Shown here: positions 53,001 to 64,000 of the stretch, one piece after another
How positions within the stretch are numbered: position 1 is the stretch's first letter
Layout: the number at the start of each line of letters is the position of its first letter
Assembly (NCBI GenBank): GCA_963924565.1
Contig: OZ004611.1
Location: 24,614,001 to 24,678,000 of the forward strand
From: Ascidiella aspersa
Lineage: Eukaryota
Direction: 5' to 3'
Length of the DNA stretch: 64,000 bases
Program-made: the position numbers and the translations under genes
The notes under the pieces: model-generated
Told to the model about the DNA's origin: nothing
The model's input: only the letters and a program-made list of their open reading frames with translations
Databases searched by the model: none

Positions 53001-56000
53001 CACCTGATATACCGTCAAAAATGGCAACCTGCATTTATTAAAATTTATGTCGTCAGATAAGCAAAAATCGAATCAAGGGCACAAACCCATGACATACCAA
53101 AGTTAATTTGAAGTATACTCTACAACAGAGGTTCCCAACGTGGGCGGTACCGCCCCCTTGTGGGCGTTGGCGAGTTACAAGGGGGCGTTTTGAGTCTTTT
53201 CATAATTTGGGGGGCGCTGAATGCACATAAGGGGGCGTTACATAACAGTACTTATATCAAAATTTTTATAAAAAGTTCACATAAAAATAGTAACAAACAG
53301 CACTGTTGGACATAGGTAACTTTTAACCTTGAATGGCAACTTCCGTACTGCGAACAGTAGTAGTTTCCCGACCATTGTTACGTAATAATTGGCTTTCTTA
53401 TGTAAAGCTATTGGTTGCTGTTGCGTTTTACCGTTTTATATGCGGCAAAATGTTTCTATATTTAAAACAGGGGTCGCCAACCTACGGCCCTCGACCCGCC
53501 GCCTCTTTGACAACGAGACACGAGTCCATTTTAAATACTTTTTGACTATTTTAACCTAGTACGGGTGAAAAATTTACGCGCTTCGCGCGAATTATGTTTC
53601 TGCTTCCAGTTTGTTTACGTTTTGATGCTGTCTTTGCACTAGATCTGCGCTTCTTTACCATAGGGACGTGGAAGGCTGCCAAGTGTGTCGCGGACAAACG
53701 GAAAACGTTTTCAAAAATAGACATATATTTTTTAATATTTTTTATTTTTTGGCCAATGTAATAAAAACTATAGCAGGAAATTTAAAAGAAATGCCGTTAT
53801 ACCCCCCAAAAAATAATGTATGTATAAATTCCAATAGTGAATGTATGTTAGACAGCCTTAACTATGACTGACAGCTTATCGATACGAAAGTGAAGACCAT
53901 ATGATGTCAGACTACGATTATTATAATACTTTACTGTAACGCAAGATTAGGGGGCGATATGAAATAATATTGAGCCCAAGGGGGCACTAGTGCAAAAAAG
54001 GTTGCGAAACACTGCTCTACAACAATGACTGCTGAGGGTATTCAGGGCAGTGTTCCCCAATCTTGTAGCACATTTAAGAATCTCTATATAGGCACACTAT
54101 ACTGTGCCGCGGCACACAGTTTGGGAATCACTGATTAGGAGCATAGATTAATTTGGATACAGGCTCTGGACATTTGCATACTTCAGATGTGTTCATACTA
54201 TGGGGCGAAACCAGGCGTTTGATTCAGGGATGAGCGTTTACAATTTCCTAAAATTTGCATGATTTTAGTGGAATTACACCTAATTACGTCGTGTTTACAA
54301 AACACACAAAAACAAAATTCAGGTTGCGGTATCCGCGTTTGGCAGGGCGGTCTACAAATGCGTTAGTTTAGCAATCACGATGCCAGGATGTACAATGCAT
54401 GTGGTTACCCCAAAGCGCCCAATCGTTCTTGGCCGATGCAGCTTTCTAACCAGCACGGTGTTAATTAGCACAGATGTTAAAATCTTCATTTAGCTCACAC
54501 CTCTTACCTTCTGTTGTTAATTTTTGCTACAGCGCCCCACGACTGTCTAACGTTGTTTCTTCGCTCTCTCGAATGCACAGCCGTTTTCACGATGATCAGC
54601 ATGAATATTTTCCCTTTACTGAAGTCGAAAGCATTCGGTCTGCACATGAGAGAACAACAATAATAATCTGTTAGACACAGACACGGTGATAAATCCGCAA
54701 AACATAAACTTGCATTATACATGCGCAAATTTAGTAAGCGCACTTTTCGTAGCTTTGAAAATCCATTTTACTGGTCACCCCAACCTTTAGTAAATAATTT
54801 TTATTTAAAGAAATCGACAACTTAAAAGCACCGCAAGTCCATGTGCTTCGACAGTAAATTAGGTACATTATATTAAATTACCTATTATATTCATATAAAT
54901 TACAAGGCCACGGACAGCTGATCCTTCGTCTCGTAAAACTTTAGCATGAAGAGAAACTAGGCCTACTTGTGAGGATTCAGTCGATAAACGCTCTAGTCCA
55001 GTAGTTCTTGATTTTTATGTAGTTTGTTTCTGTGCAGCCTTACTCCTGTGGAGTCAATATCTTCGCAACTTGTTTGTCCAAATGAGCTCGACAAAAACCA
55101 ACACAGCGAGCTCGAGCAATTTTTTGTGTGCCCATTACGTCTGGTCTCCTATATAAAAGGTTACCCTAATCAAACCAAATAAAGGCAATTTTTTGTCGCG
55201 CGATTAAGAGTTAATATTTTGTATTTTTCTGTTATCTTAGTGATATGTAATCGCAAAATACGGAATTGCTTTTAGTATGATATTTATTTTATATGTACGG
55301 GGACGCAAGGAACATGACAATTACCAAAGGGGGCACGGTAGAAAAAAGAACCACTTCTGACCCTAATTTCTAAAGAACTAATTTGCGTTCATTTGAGGAC
55401 TTGCATAATATAAAAATGGGCGACTTCCGAGGTACATGCTTCAAGCTAACGATAGGTTAATATGTGCATATTACCTTCAGGTTAATTAATTCGGAACTTA
55501 AAATCTTGTTTAATTGTTGTCGCCCCTTAATGAGGATGCAGCTGACAGCGATATTGCCCGATAGTGTCGCGCCTTCCTATTTAAAGACGGCGGTAAAACG
55601 ACACTCTATGGTTAAGTCAGTGTTCCTCAACCCTTTTTAGCGGCCACCCTAATACTAAGCGTAAGTACAACAGTAGTCCAATTATCTTCACTGAACTTTT
55701 TATAAGCGAACAAGAAAAGAAAATAACATTTTTAAGTTTAAATTTAGTTAACATAATCCATGTCTTTCTATTGCTTTCGTAGTTTTCCTAAATTTAGAAA
55801 AATTAAACGAAGTCCTGCTCAGAACCAATTTCAATAATTCTAATCAGGTGAACTACTGCAGTCGGCGACCAAACAAATACAACGGCGACCCAATTTGGGG
55901 TCGCGACCCATAGATTAAAAACACTGGAGGTGCGAATTGAACTATTCCACAGGCTAAACGCGCTAAATGTATATTAACCTGCCCAACTTACGAAGTCACC

Positions 56001-58868
56001 AACACCAAATTTGGTGGAACTAACACAAATTTGGAAACCCGGTGTTTTAAAAAAGACTGATTTTAATCCGTTCCGGTGACCGATGTTTATGTTGAAGTTA
56101 TTATTCAACATGACTTACCTATCTCAGGTTAATTCACCAAAGTCAAGTTAAGGTATTCGAAAACTTCGACACGCGTCTGGTAATAGTATAAATTGCTTAC
56201 TGCAACAGCCATTTGCTGGTAATATTCCTGGGCTTGTGTTCCTTTTTGAAGTTGTCCGGCACATTATTGAATTCAGTTCTTTTGTCTGGACCGTCCAGCA
56301 AGTAACGCTCCAATTTCCTAAAAACAATAGTCCAGATATAAGGGCATCTTTTCTGCTGAAAGGAGTTGTCCATATCGTGGTGCAATATGACCATATTGTA
56401 TCGTACATAACGCCTGAAAAAAACTATTTTGTCCACTTTGCGAGTTAGGTCGAACGCAGGAAAACAGCAGGTTTTTAGTAATTATTTGTTTTGACGGCGC
56501 CACGTAATGACCAAACCAATTTTAACATGAAAGTTTAAAGCGTTTGACACACAAAACGCGTGTATTACATTTCTGGGGTTAATATATTCATGGTTTCATT
56601 TGGCACTAAAAGCGATTTGAGTTTGATAGTTCTGGTGCGACAAAAAAGTTTACCTGTTTCATATTATTCTAGTTCAGTTACAATGGCCTAAAGTGTCTCG
56701 ATATTAATTGCAAGGCTTATACACACAGTACAGTGTTGCCAGGTGCCCCATTTCTGATTAAGCTACTTTGTACTCTACTGTAAGTTTTTCATACTATGAG
56801 GCTCACAGGACAACTAAAGGTGGCTAAATAACAATTGCCTTAATATTAAAACAATTTGTATCCTTTTAAACTAAATACTTGGTCTATATAAACCAGTGGT
56901 TCTCAACTGGGGTCCGCGGTCATTTTGGAGTCCGCGAGACAATTTTCGTGGACCGCGAAGGATCTAACCAAAAATCAACACGACGCTCCTGATGAAGAAA
57001 ACTTTTTGTGCAATAAAATTTTCAGGCAACTTACTTTTCAAAACAAAGCTGAATATAGTTATTTATTAAAGTAATTGTACGCTTAGAGTTGAATTGTCCA
57101 TTGTGACGTCATAGTGTTGCGTTGTGCTAATGAGAATTGCGTTTTCACAGCTTGCTGCGATGACACTGTGGGCTGTACGGTCAGTCACGTTTTTAAAATT
57201 GTTTGTGATTGCTTTACTCAAATAAAGTTATTCGTTAGTTAGAGGTTAACATAGCCCAGCTGAAAGCAAAGAAGCAGGTAACCCGTCCCATTTATACCAT
57301 TAAAAACAAATGTTATTTTGTGTATATTTTTGAGGGACCGTGAGCGATTTAAAGAGTTGCTGAGGGGCCGTTGCGTAATTTTTTTTAAAAAGTTTGAGAA
57401 CCACTGATATAAACCAAAAAGCGCAAATATTTTTTGACTTTATACGGGACTATGGTGTAGAATATTTTTTTATCTTTCTCTAGTATAGGAAGGCAAAATA
57501 TTGTATTTTTAATAGGGCCTATATATACATTTGTTTTTTTTTTGGTTGTTTTTTTTTAACACGAAAAAAAAACCGCTATGGCTTAATATCTAAACCTGCT
57601 AAATTAAGTCTAATATATCTTTGCCGCCTTCTTCTTGCATTTATTTAGACTTTACTTCAGTTATATATTTTTTGACTCAAATTAGCAGGTTTCTTAGGTC
57701 TTCTTGTTTTATCAATTTATGACGACCTCTCTGAACAATTTCATGTCGACCATGGTCCACGCGAACCAGAAATATTTTTAGTGGTTCGGGTTAAAAAGAA
57801 GTTTAGGAAGTTTAATAACCCCTGCCTTAAATCGACAAAATCTCTCACCTGAGTCCTTTATTTCTTTGCGTTTCGACAATCAGACGTGCTGGCTGAAAGC
57901 GTGAATATATCTTGTTGCTAATAAATAAACAAAACAAAAAATGTTTGAACAACAAACGCCGTTTATTAGGATTCAATAACTATGTATTTCAAAATCACAT
58001 AGCCTACTTTGGGGTCGGGGTGGATTTGAGCCCATTTGTTTTAAGTGGATTAGGGCCTATTAGTTTGGAACTTTTTAGTTTGTACGAAACTTCGCATTCA
58101 AGCATTCAAAAGACTCGTGGAAACTTTACAGTCGTCGAAATCGCACCACGACTTTGGCAGCAATTTGTCAGATTTAAAACGGAAATTTTCGTGTTCGACG
58201 TTGTCAGTTCTCATCGTTATTTAGTTAAGCCGGAAATACTATTAGGATGCTACATTGGTATTGCTCGCAACATTACACAAGATAAGCGTAGCACATTTTT
58301 GCCGGTCATAGACCCATCTAAACTTTTTAAGCCTAGATTTCTGGCAGAATATTTGGCAACAATTTAAAGCTGCTTAACAGCACTTACATTTTAAAGCTCA
58401 TTTTAATGCCATTGGGTCAAGAAATACTTTATTACATAATTGTTCAGCATTTAGATGTTCTGAAACTGCCTATATAATCGATCGCGTTGAAACTATGATA
58501 GAATTTAGTATGACCCCTTTTTAAAACAATATTTAGCATTCTATTTTCTAACCATGAGAATTTCGCTTTCGACACAATTTATCGACAAATATGTTTGGTT
58601 TGTTAAAGTTGTCTAGAGAAAAAGACCCTAATTAATCTGTTAAAATAAGTTATCCAATCGTACAATGCTGGACACAAAGAGTTATTGAAAATGTTATGTA
58701 CTTGTAAACAGGAATTCCACGCTTATGGTCTGTCAGGGTTGGCTGTCTTTTCTGTCGAGGAAGCTGTTTTTGCCACAGAGAATTCACATTGCGTTCCATC
58801 GCGATGAACAAAGCAGTGAATGCGATCCCGATCAAAAATACGCTGAACAAAAAACGATTCTTGTACAT
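50070..58868 (-). CDS. GT31 gene copy U5 (catalytic exons and splice sites intact)
   Basis: Exons 54667-54508, 51941-51618, 51189-51058 and 50577-50070. This is the most divergent copy (e.g. RTTTND vs RATGNG). Confidence 0.85.
53126..54014. mobile_element. hAT-type MITE (U5 only)
   Basis: CAGAGGTTCCCAAC...GTTGCGAAACACTG termini; perfect 8-bp TSD ctctacaa (53118-53125, 54015-54022). Confidence 0.9.
54048..54133. mobile_element. Mini hAT-like MITE
   Basis: cagtgttccccaa...ttgggaatcactg inverted ends; the TSD is imperfect. Confidence 0.55.
56894..57406. mobile_element. hAT-type MITE (U5 only)
   Basis: CAGTGGTTCTCAA...TTGAGAACCACTG TIRs; perfect 8-bp TSD atataaac; the other units show the empty site. 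Confidence 0.93.
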
Positions 58869-61191
58869 AATTGACCCTAAACCGACTCTGTAAAACATAG
58901 TCAACTCACATAAAGCAACATTCATTTGTCCTCGATTTATCTCTAAACCTGATGTTCTACGAATGTCGCATATGTTCTACGAATGTCGCATCTGTCTTAA
59001 AATTGTTCGAAAGATAATTAGGCGGCCTCTTATGTTTCAAGCGTATGTTGCCTTTTCGACTTGTAGATATAATAGACTGCATAAACGTCGTTTTTTATGG
59101 ACCGTTCTTGTTACATCTAAGCTGCTTTCAATACGTTCACAAAAGCGTGTTTTTACTCATACAAGTTTCTTCCACCAAAACGACAACCAGACGTTTTCGT
59201 GAAGGATTAAAACAATGCTGGTCCAACCAGGGATGACGTCAAAGTTACAAGCTGCGACTGTTTCCCAATATACAACTCATTTTTTATAAGAAGAGTTCAA
59301 TTACGGTATACTATAGACCAGTGATCGGCAACCGCCGATCTGCAAGGAGTTCGTTACCGGTCCGTAGCAGGGTTGCCCGATTAAAATTTTGATTTAAACC
59401 CAACTCATCGGTTGTATTCATAATGTTGCTTTCTTTGCGAGAAATTACTCAAATACTGTGGATTCCCGATTTGCTAAAACTATCGAAAGTTAAATATTTG
59501 ACACATTTATTTTTCAACAAATTGTTTGCTTGGCATGAAGTTATATTTAGATCGATTTTTTTTAACTTGATGCTCGATGTCGCCTGTCTTTTTATTTTTC
59601 ATCGAATTGCCTGCATTATCTTTGCTTTGTAAAGAAGTTTCAAATTGAATATTTTGCTACTAATACTTTTTTCATATAGCACTCATTATAGTAATCTATC
59701 ATCATGTCTGTTTACTCGTTTTCGAATCACATTTCCTGAGAACAAAACTTGTGCACTTTCGTCTATTTATGCTATAACCCGACCTAATTTTATTTTCACG
59801 TTTAAACACAAATACATTTTTGGTTTAGCTCTATATTATGATCAAACTTTATAGTTTCATGTAATTGAATCATTTAACATCTATTATAAGCGTTATTTGC
59901 TCACTGCATGTACTGAAATGAAAATGTTAGGACTGAAATGTTAAGTTCTCTCTTAAACTAAAAAGAGCCCTTCAAACAAACTCTCTTAGTGCACCATTAA
60001 CAATGCGGAAATAAATGAATGACATCGTTGCAATATAAACCAGCTGTAAACGCAATTAAACGGCACCATGCATAAACAGAGCATATGTCTATTTCCTGCA
60101 AACTGCGCAAAGCCAGGAAATCTCTAATTACGGGCTACCCCAGTCAAAAATTTATCTTGGGCCTTTACTTCATTTATGATTGATTATCTACTAAATATAT
60201 ATGGCCCAAGTATATCGGGCGTATAAGTTTCAAATGTTACAAGGGCCCATATATGCGCCACACATAAAACTTCTTACTTGATTCCTGTGTGATCAAGTGT
60301 GGTTCTTGTAATATTCTAACACTACTTATCTCACAAACTTCTACACTTTGCCACAAAAATCACTTTAGCACAGTTGGTTTTATTGATACACAATAAACAC
60401 TCAATGTTGGTCAGTAGCTCGAAGTTGTCGGCCACCATCCCAATCCCTAACACCGTTGAATACTCTTTTTATTGCAAGGGCAATCTCTTCATATTTAGTA
60501 CTCATGTGGGCAGTGAACTGCAACAATTCTAAACAACGCAAGAGTAAAACGTGTTAAATGTTTTTTTTTTTTTTTTTTTTTTTTTTTTTCACTGTAGTCT
60601 GTAATATACTTAAAAAACTTATTACATAAAAAAATACTAGTGCAACGTAACAATTCTTAAATTATTTTTAGTCACTTTATTATAAGCTAACTTTTATAGA
60701 GGTGAATTGTTAAATTGAGTTTGACATAAGGTGTATAAACAGACGACCATTTATTGGAACTACAACAAAAATCAATTGGTTATATGGTATCATATGTTGC
60801 TAGTATGCATGTGGGTGTGTTATACATTATAGTTAAGCTACTCTTATTTAACTATCCGACTACTACTATAATTGTACATGGAAGTTATCTTAGGACAATT
60901 AACTGAGCAACCTATTAGCGGGCAAGAGTATGATAGGTAGTTTAACAATTATTTTAAAACAACTAGCCAATTTAACTATTTGTTCTTTTAAAGGTGTAAC
61001 ACTTTAAAACTAACTTTGCCAGGAATACCAAAGTGATTAGTGTATTAATAAACCTTGCTAACCATAAAAAGCAAAGGTTTGTCACAATACACACTCAGTC
61101 CATAAATTTTTGTAAAAATTGAAATGAAATATTGCACCAGTAGAGCATTATTTGTTTAATTAGAATGAATAACTTTATAGACATTGCTTAC

Positions 61192-62340
61192 CATGAAACA
61201 TTGAATGGAGTTGGTGCTGTTTAAATGAGACTTAGGCTTACAGCCTTTCTCCCATTTCCGAGCCCAGACCAGGAAAATTTTTCTGCTAGATCCTTTGTCA
61301 TAAAAGTCCTTAAAAAGTTTTTGAAAGTGCCTCTCAAACGTCGCACTTCTACCTTTCTTGCAAGAGCTTTAAGATCCTATGAAAAGAAACAACATTTAAA
61401 CTTAAAAAGAGAACACACAACAGGACCTACAAATCAACAAAATCCTTAGAATTAAAATCATCAAATATTATGGCTTTAGTATTTTTATTGAAGACAGAAC
61501 AACATCTAAAATTGTCTAAATAAGACCTAAACCTGTCGGAATACTTTCTAAATTCATCGAAATAAGGCCTAAATGGACAAAATAATGCCTAACACTGTTG
61601 GGAGAGGGTATGGGACGATTGGGGGACACCTGTCTGGCATTGGCCGCTTTGGTTTCAACATACGGGTGCCCTAGTTTGAATGGGGGCGTTTGCCTCTGTT
61701 TGGGATTAGGGACAGTTAATGGGTGAGGATGAAGATTGTGTTTGGGTTGAAATTGAGTATTATTATTAATATTATTCTGATTTAGACACTAATAAAACTT
61801 ATTAGGTATTAGACCTATTTTGGTCTTTTCCTAAATTGTGTTTTATCCGAGATTATTGTTGTTTAAAATCTTATGGCCGGAGTCCCTTACAGAGCCACTA
61901 ATATACACGACTTACAAAATTATTCTTTAGGTTTTCATTTAATTCATCTGTACTGTTTGCTTGTTGGATTTCCCATCGATCACTTGAGGATCCAGTGCTA
62001 ATGGATTGGTTTAGGTCTGATAATTTGTCCAATTTTTCATTTAGTGCACTAAACTCCTTTCGAATAAATGAATAACCCTTGCGTATTTCTAGAAGTAAAA
62101 CCTCATGATCTGCCGTGGATTGATTTGGCCCTTTTGTTCGGTAATCTATACTGTTGGAACTCTTCCTGCATAATAAAAATGGTCTGAAACCTATTCTATA
62201 AAATATATTACAAGAAACAAACCTTTTCTGGCTTGGAGCACCTTTTACATTCTGAATGTAAATGCTATCACTATCTGTTCTGACAAGTGGTGGTGGATTC
62301 CAATCTTCATCACCAGAAGTATCACTTAATAGGCATGATT
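61192..62340 (-). pseudogene. Spliced accessory ORF2 remnant of the CACTA element (DUF4806-like)
   Basis: Exon 61376-61192 (AG/GT ends) encodes FMTKDLAEKFSWSG, which resembles transposon-associated DUF4806. More exon-like segments lie upstream. Confidence 0.5.
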
Positions 62341-62465
62341 TATATGCTCTATCTTCAAACTTTTTGTATTTACCTTAAAAAATGAAGTTAATTTGCTTAA
62401 TTGCTCTGTAAATTAACTTCACATAAAAATAAAACTTACTTGATTGGCATACAACAGTACATGAA

Positions 62466-63959
62466 CTAATTGTCTTTATGATTCTTTAACATGCCAAGAT
62501 AACTTTCAAACGGAAAACAGGACACATTATCCAAATTACCATATCTAATACAATCATAGGTAATATGAATAAGCGAGTGCACATTATAACTTACAAAAGC
62601 TTTTCCATAAAATAAAGTAGAGTCTCTAACAAATCTATACAAACAATCGGATGACATTTGCAATTTTGCAGTTGAAGAACTAGTTGAAAGTAGAATTCTA
62701 AATGCACAGCATAACTTTAAAAAATGTAAATATTTAGTATTACATAAAGCTGTTTGGCTTTTTAGCACAACAGGTCCAACATAAAGCATAAACAAACAAA
62801 ATTCCATTGCCTTCCAGTGTAAAATATCCTTAAGAGGGTGCAATTTTCTGTTAAACTCTTTAGGTATATATTTCTGGTAATGTAATATTTTTAGAGATAT
62901 AAAATTTAATGCATTTAGAGACAATTTTGCCTGTAATTGTTGTCGGACACCTTTCCACCACAACAACAAACGTCTCATTACCCCTAAGCAAGCCAAATGC
63001 ATGTAATCTAATACAAAATTGGACACCATGTAGACATTTCTTTTTGCTAAAATTGATAATCCAGTGTGATGTGTTTTATCGTTTTGTGCCTTGAAATCCT
63101 CATCGGTTCGAGATGTACAATCTATTTTCGGAAAACAAACTCGGTGGCAATGATATTCCTCTTTCACTGTACATCTCTCACAGCTGTATTAGCCTGAATG
63201 AGACTTAATCAGTTTAAGGCTTGCACGAGCAGGAGCATCACATACATAAATTCCATTATTGCCCAATTTATTAGTAGTAGTATTATTCACAATCGGATGT
63301 TGAAAGAGGGCGTCAAGATCACTGAGAAAATTCTTAAGATAAATATCGGGCAATGGGAGTTCTCTGTCAGTAGACTTGTCTGTGCAATAAATTCCAGCAC
63401 AAAGGCAGTTCATTTCTGTCAAATACACCTTTACTAAAATAGGATACAGCTTATAGTCTGGGGATGATTTAAATAATGGAAGCCCATCAATGTTAATGAC
63501 CAAGTAATAAGTAAGTTCATGGTCTTCTGTGTCATCCATTGAGATCAATATTTTTTTAAATCCATCTAACCAATTAGGGAAGTGTACATAAGTTCCTTCA
63601 TTCATTTTATAAAAGTTTAACTTTGATTGTGGCAATAAAGTGGAAAATGAAACAGGCAAATCATCATGAAATGTTTGGAGTCGTTTCAGTAAATTCGAAA
63701 TTGCGCTCTTTGGAACATTTGGTTCAGAGAGATTCCATGCCTGTAAAGAATTATACAAACTGTTTCTAGCTGTATGCTGCATAACTTGTCTTGAACAAAC
63801 TAAATGAGAATCCTCATCATACTCAGGTGAAAATGATTCCAGTAAATGTGGGGAATTACTCGCAATACTTGAAATCATATTTTCGTAATTATACTCATAA
63901 TTAAATTCTTCTCCAGAATCACTATGGTTTGACGATTGTAAAGTGTTAGTCATTTGCAA
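62466..63959 (-). pseudogene. EnSpm/CACTA-type transposase with a premature stop
   Basis: Two in-frame ORFs are separated by TAA at 63189-63191 in HSG*YSCERC. Motifs: NIDGLPLFKSS, CDAPARA, DYMHLACLGVMRRLL, WKAMEF, YNVHSLIH, CFPFESYLG. It ends abruptly after the last motif. Confidence 0.88.
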
Positions 63960-64000
63960 ATTTTCAACTAATATTTTATGCTTTCTCTTTCTCTTCCATT

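Larger units (their letters stand above)
1..60138. repeat. Tandem segmental array, five copies of a ~9.6-9.8 kb unit
   Basis: The same 176-aa last-exon ORF recurs at 148, 9953, 19514, 37073 and 50070. Spacings are 9805, 9561, 17559 (includes the LTR element) and 12997 (includes the CACTA insert). Introns are near-identical between copies. Confidence 0.98.
60139..64000 (-). mobile_element. EnSpm/CACTA (CMC) transposon interrupting U5; runs off the window
   Basis: Homology to the unit stops at cgggctac and a CCCAGTC terminus follows. Transposase and accessory exons lie inside. Confidence 0.8.

Noticed and set aside
60561-60589. Poly-T tract as a retrocopy tail
   Set aside because: No TSD or associated body is identifiable; it is treated as a simple homopolymer inside the transposon.

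Overview
Eukaryotic, AT-rich genomic DNA with GT-AG introns. It is probably a marine invertebrate; an ascidian-like host is only an inference. The backbone is a head-to-tail array of five copies of a ~9.6-9.8 kb unit: U1 ~1-9887, U2 ~9888-19448, U3 ~19449-37007, U4 ~37008-50004, U5 ~50005-60138+. Each unit carries a minus-strand multi-exon GT31 (beta-1,3-galactosyltransferase-like) gene. Its four catalytic exons splice in frame and end in an unusual C-terminal transmembrane segment; the 5' exons are only partly resolved. U2 and U3 carry disabling lesions, and the copies are recombinational mosaics. U3 contains a young 7.8-kb Ty3/Gypsy LTR element with 534-bp LTRs, an ATAGT TSD, gag, a candidate -1 frameshift, pol, and an env-like class I fusion gene (RTKR, fusion peptide, heptads, TM), plus late-domain-like motifs in Gag. 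It is the best candidate here for an undescribed system: an invertebrate endogenous retrovirus. U4 contains a 3.4-kb non-autonomous CACTA-like element with apparently non-coding spliced exons. U5 contains young hAT MITEs and is cut off by an EnSpm/CACTA element with a decayed transposase. Older MITEs, a LINE-like 3' tail and a 19-bp VNTR complete the picture.
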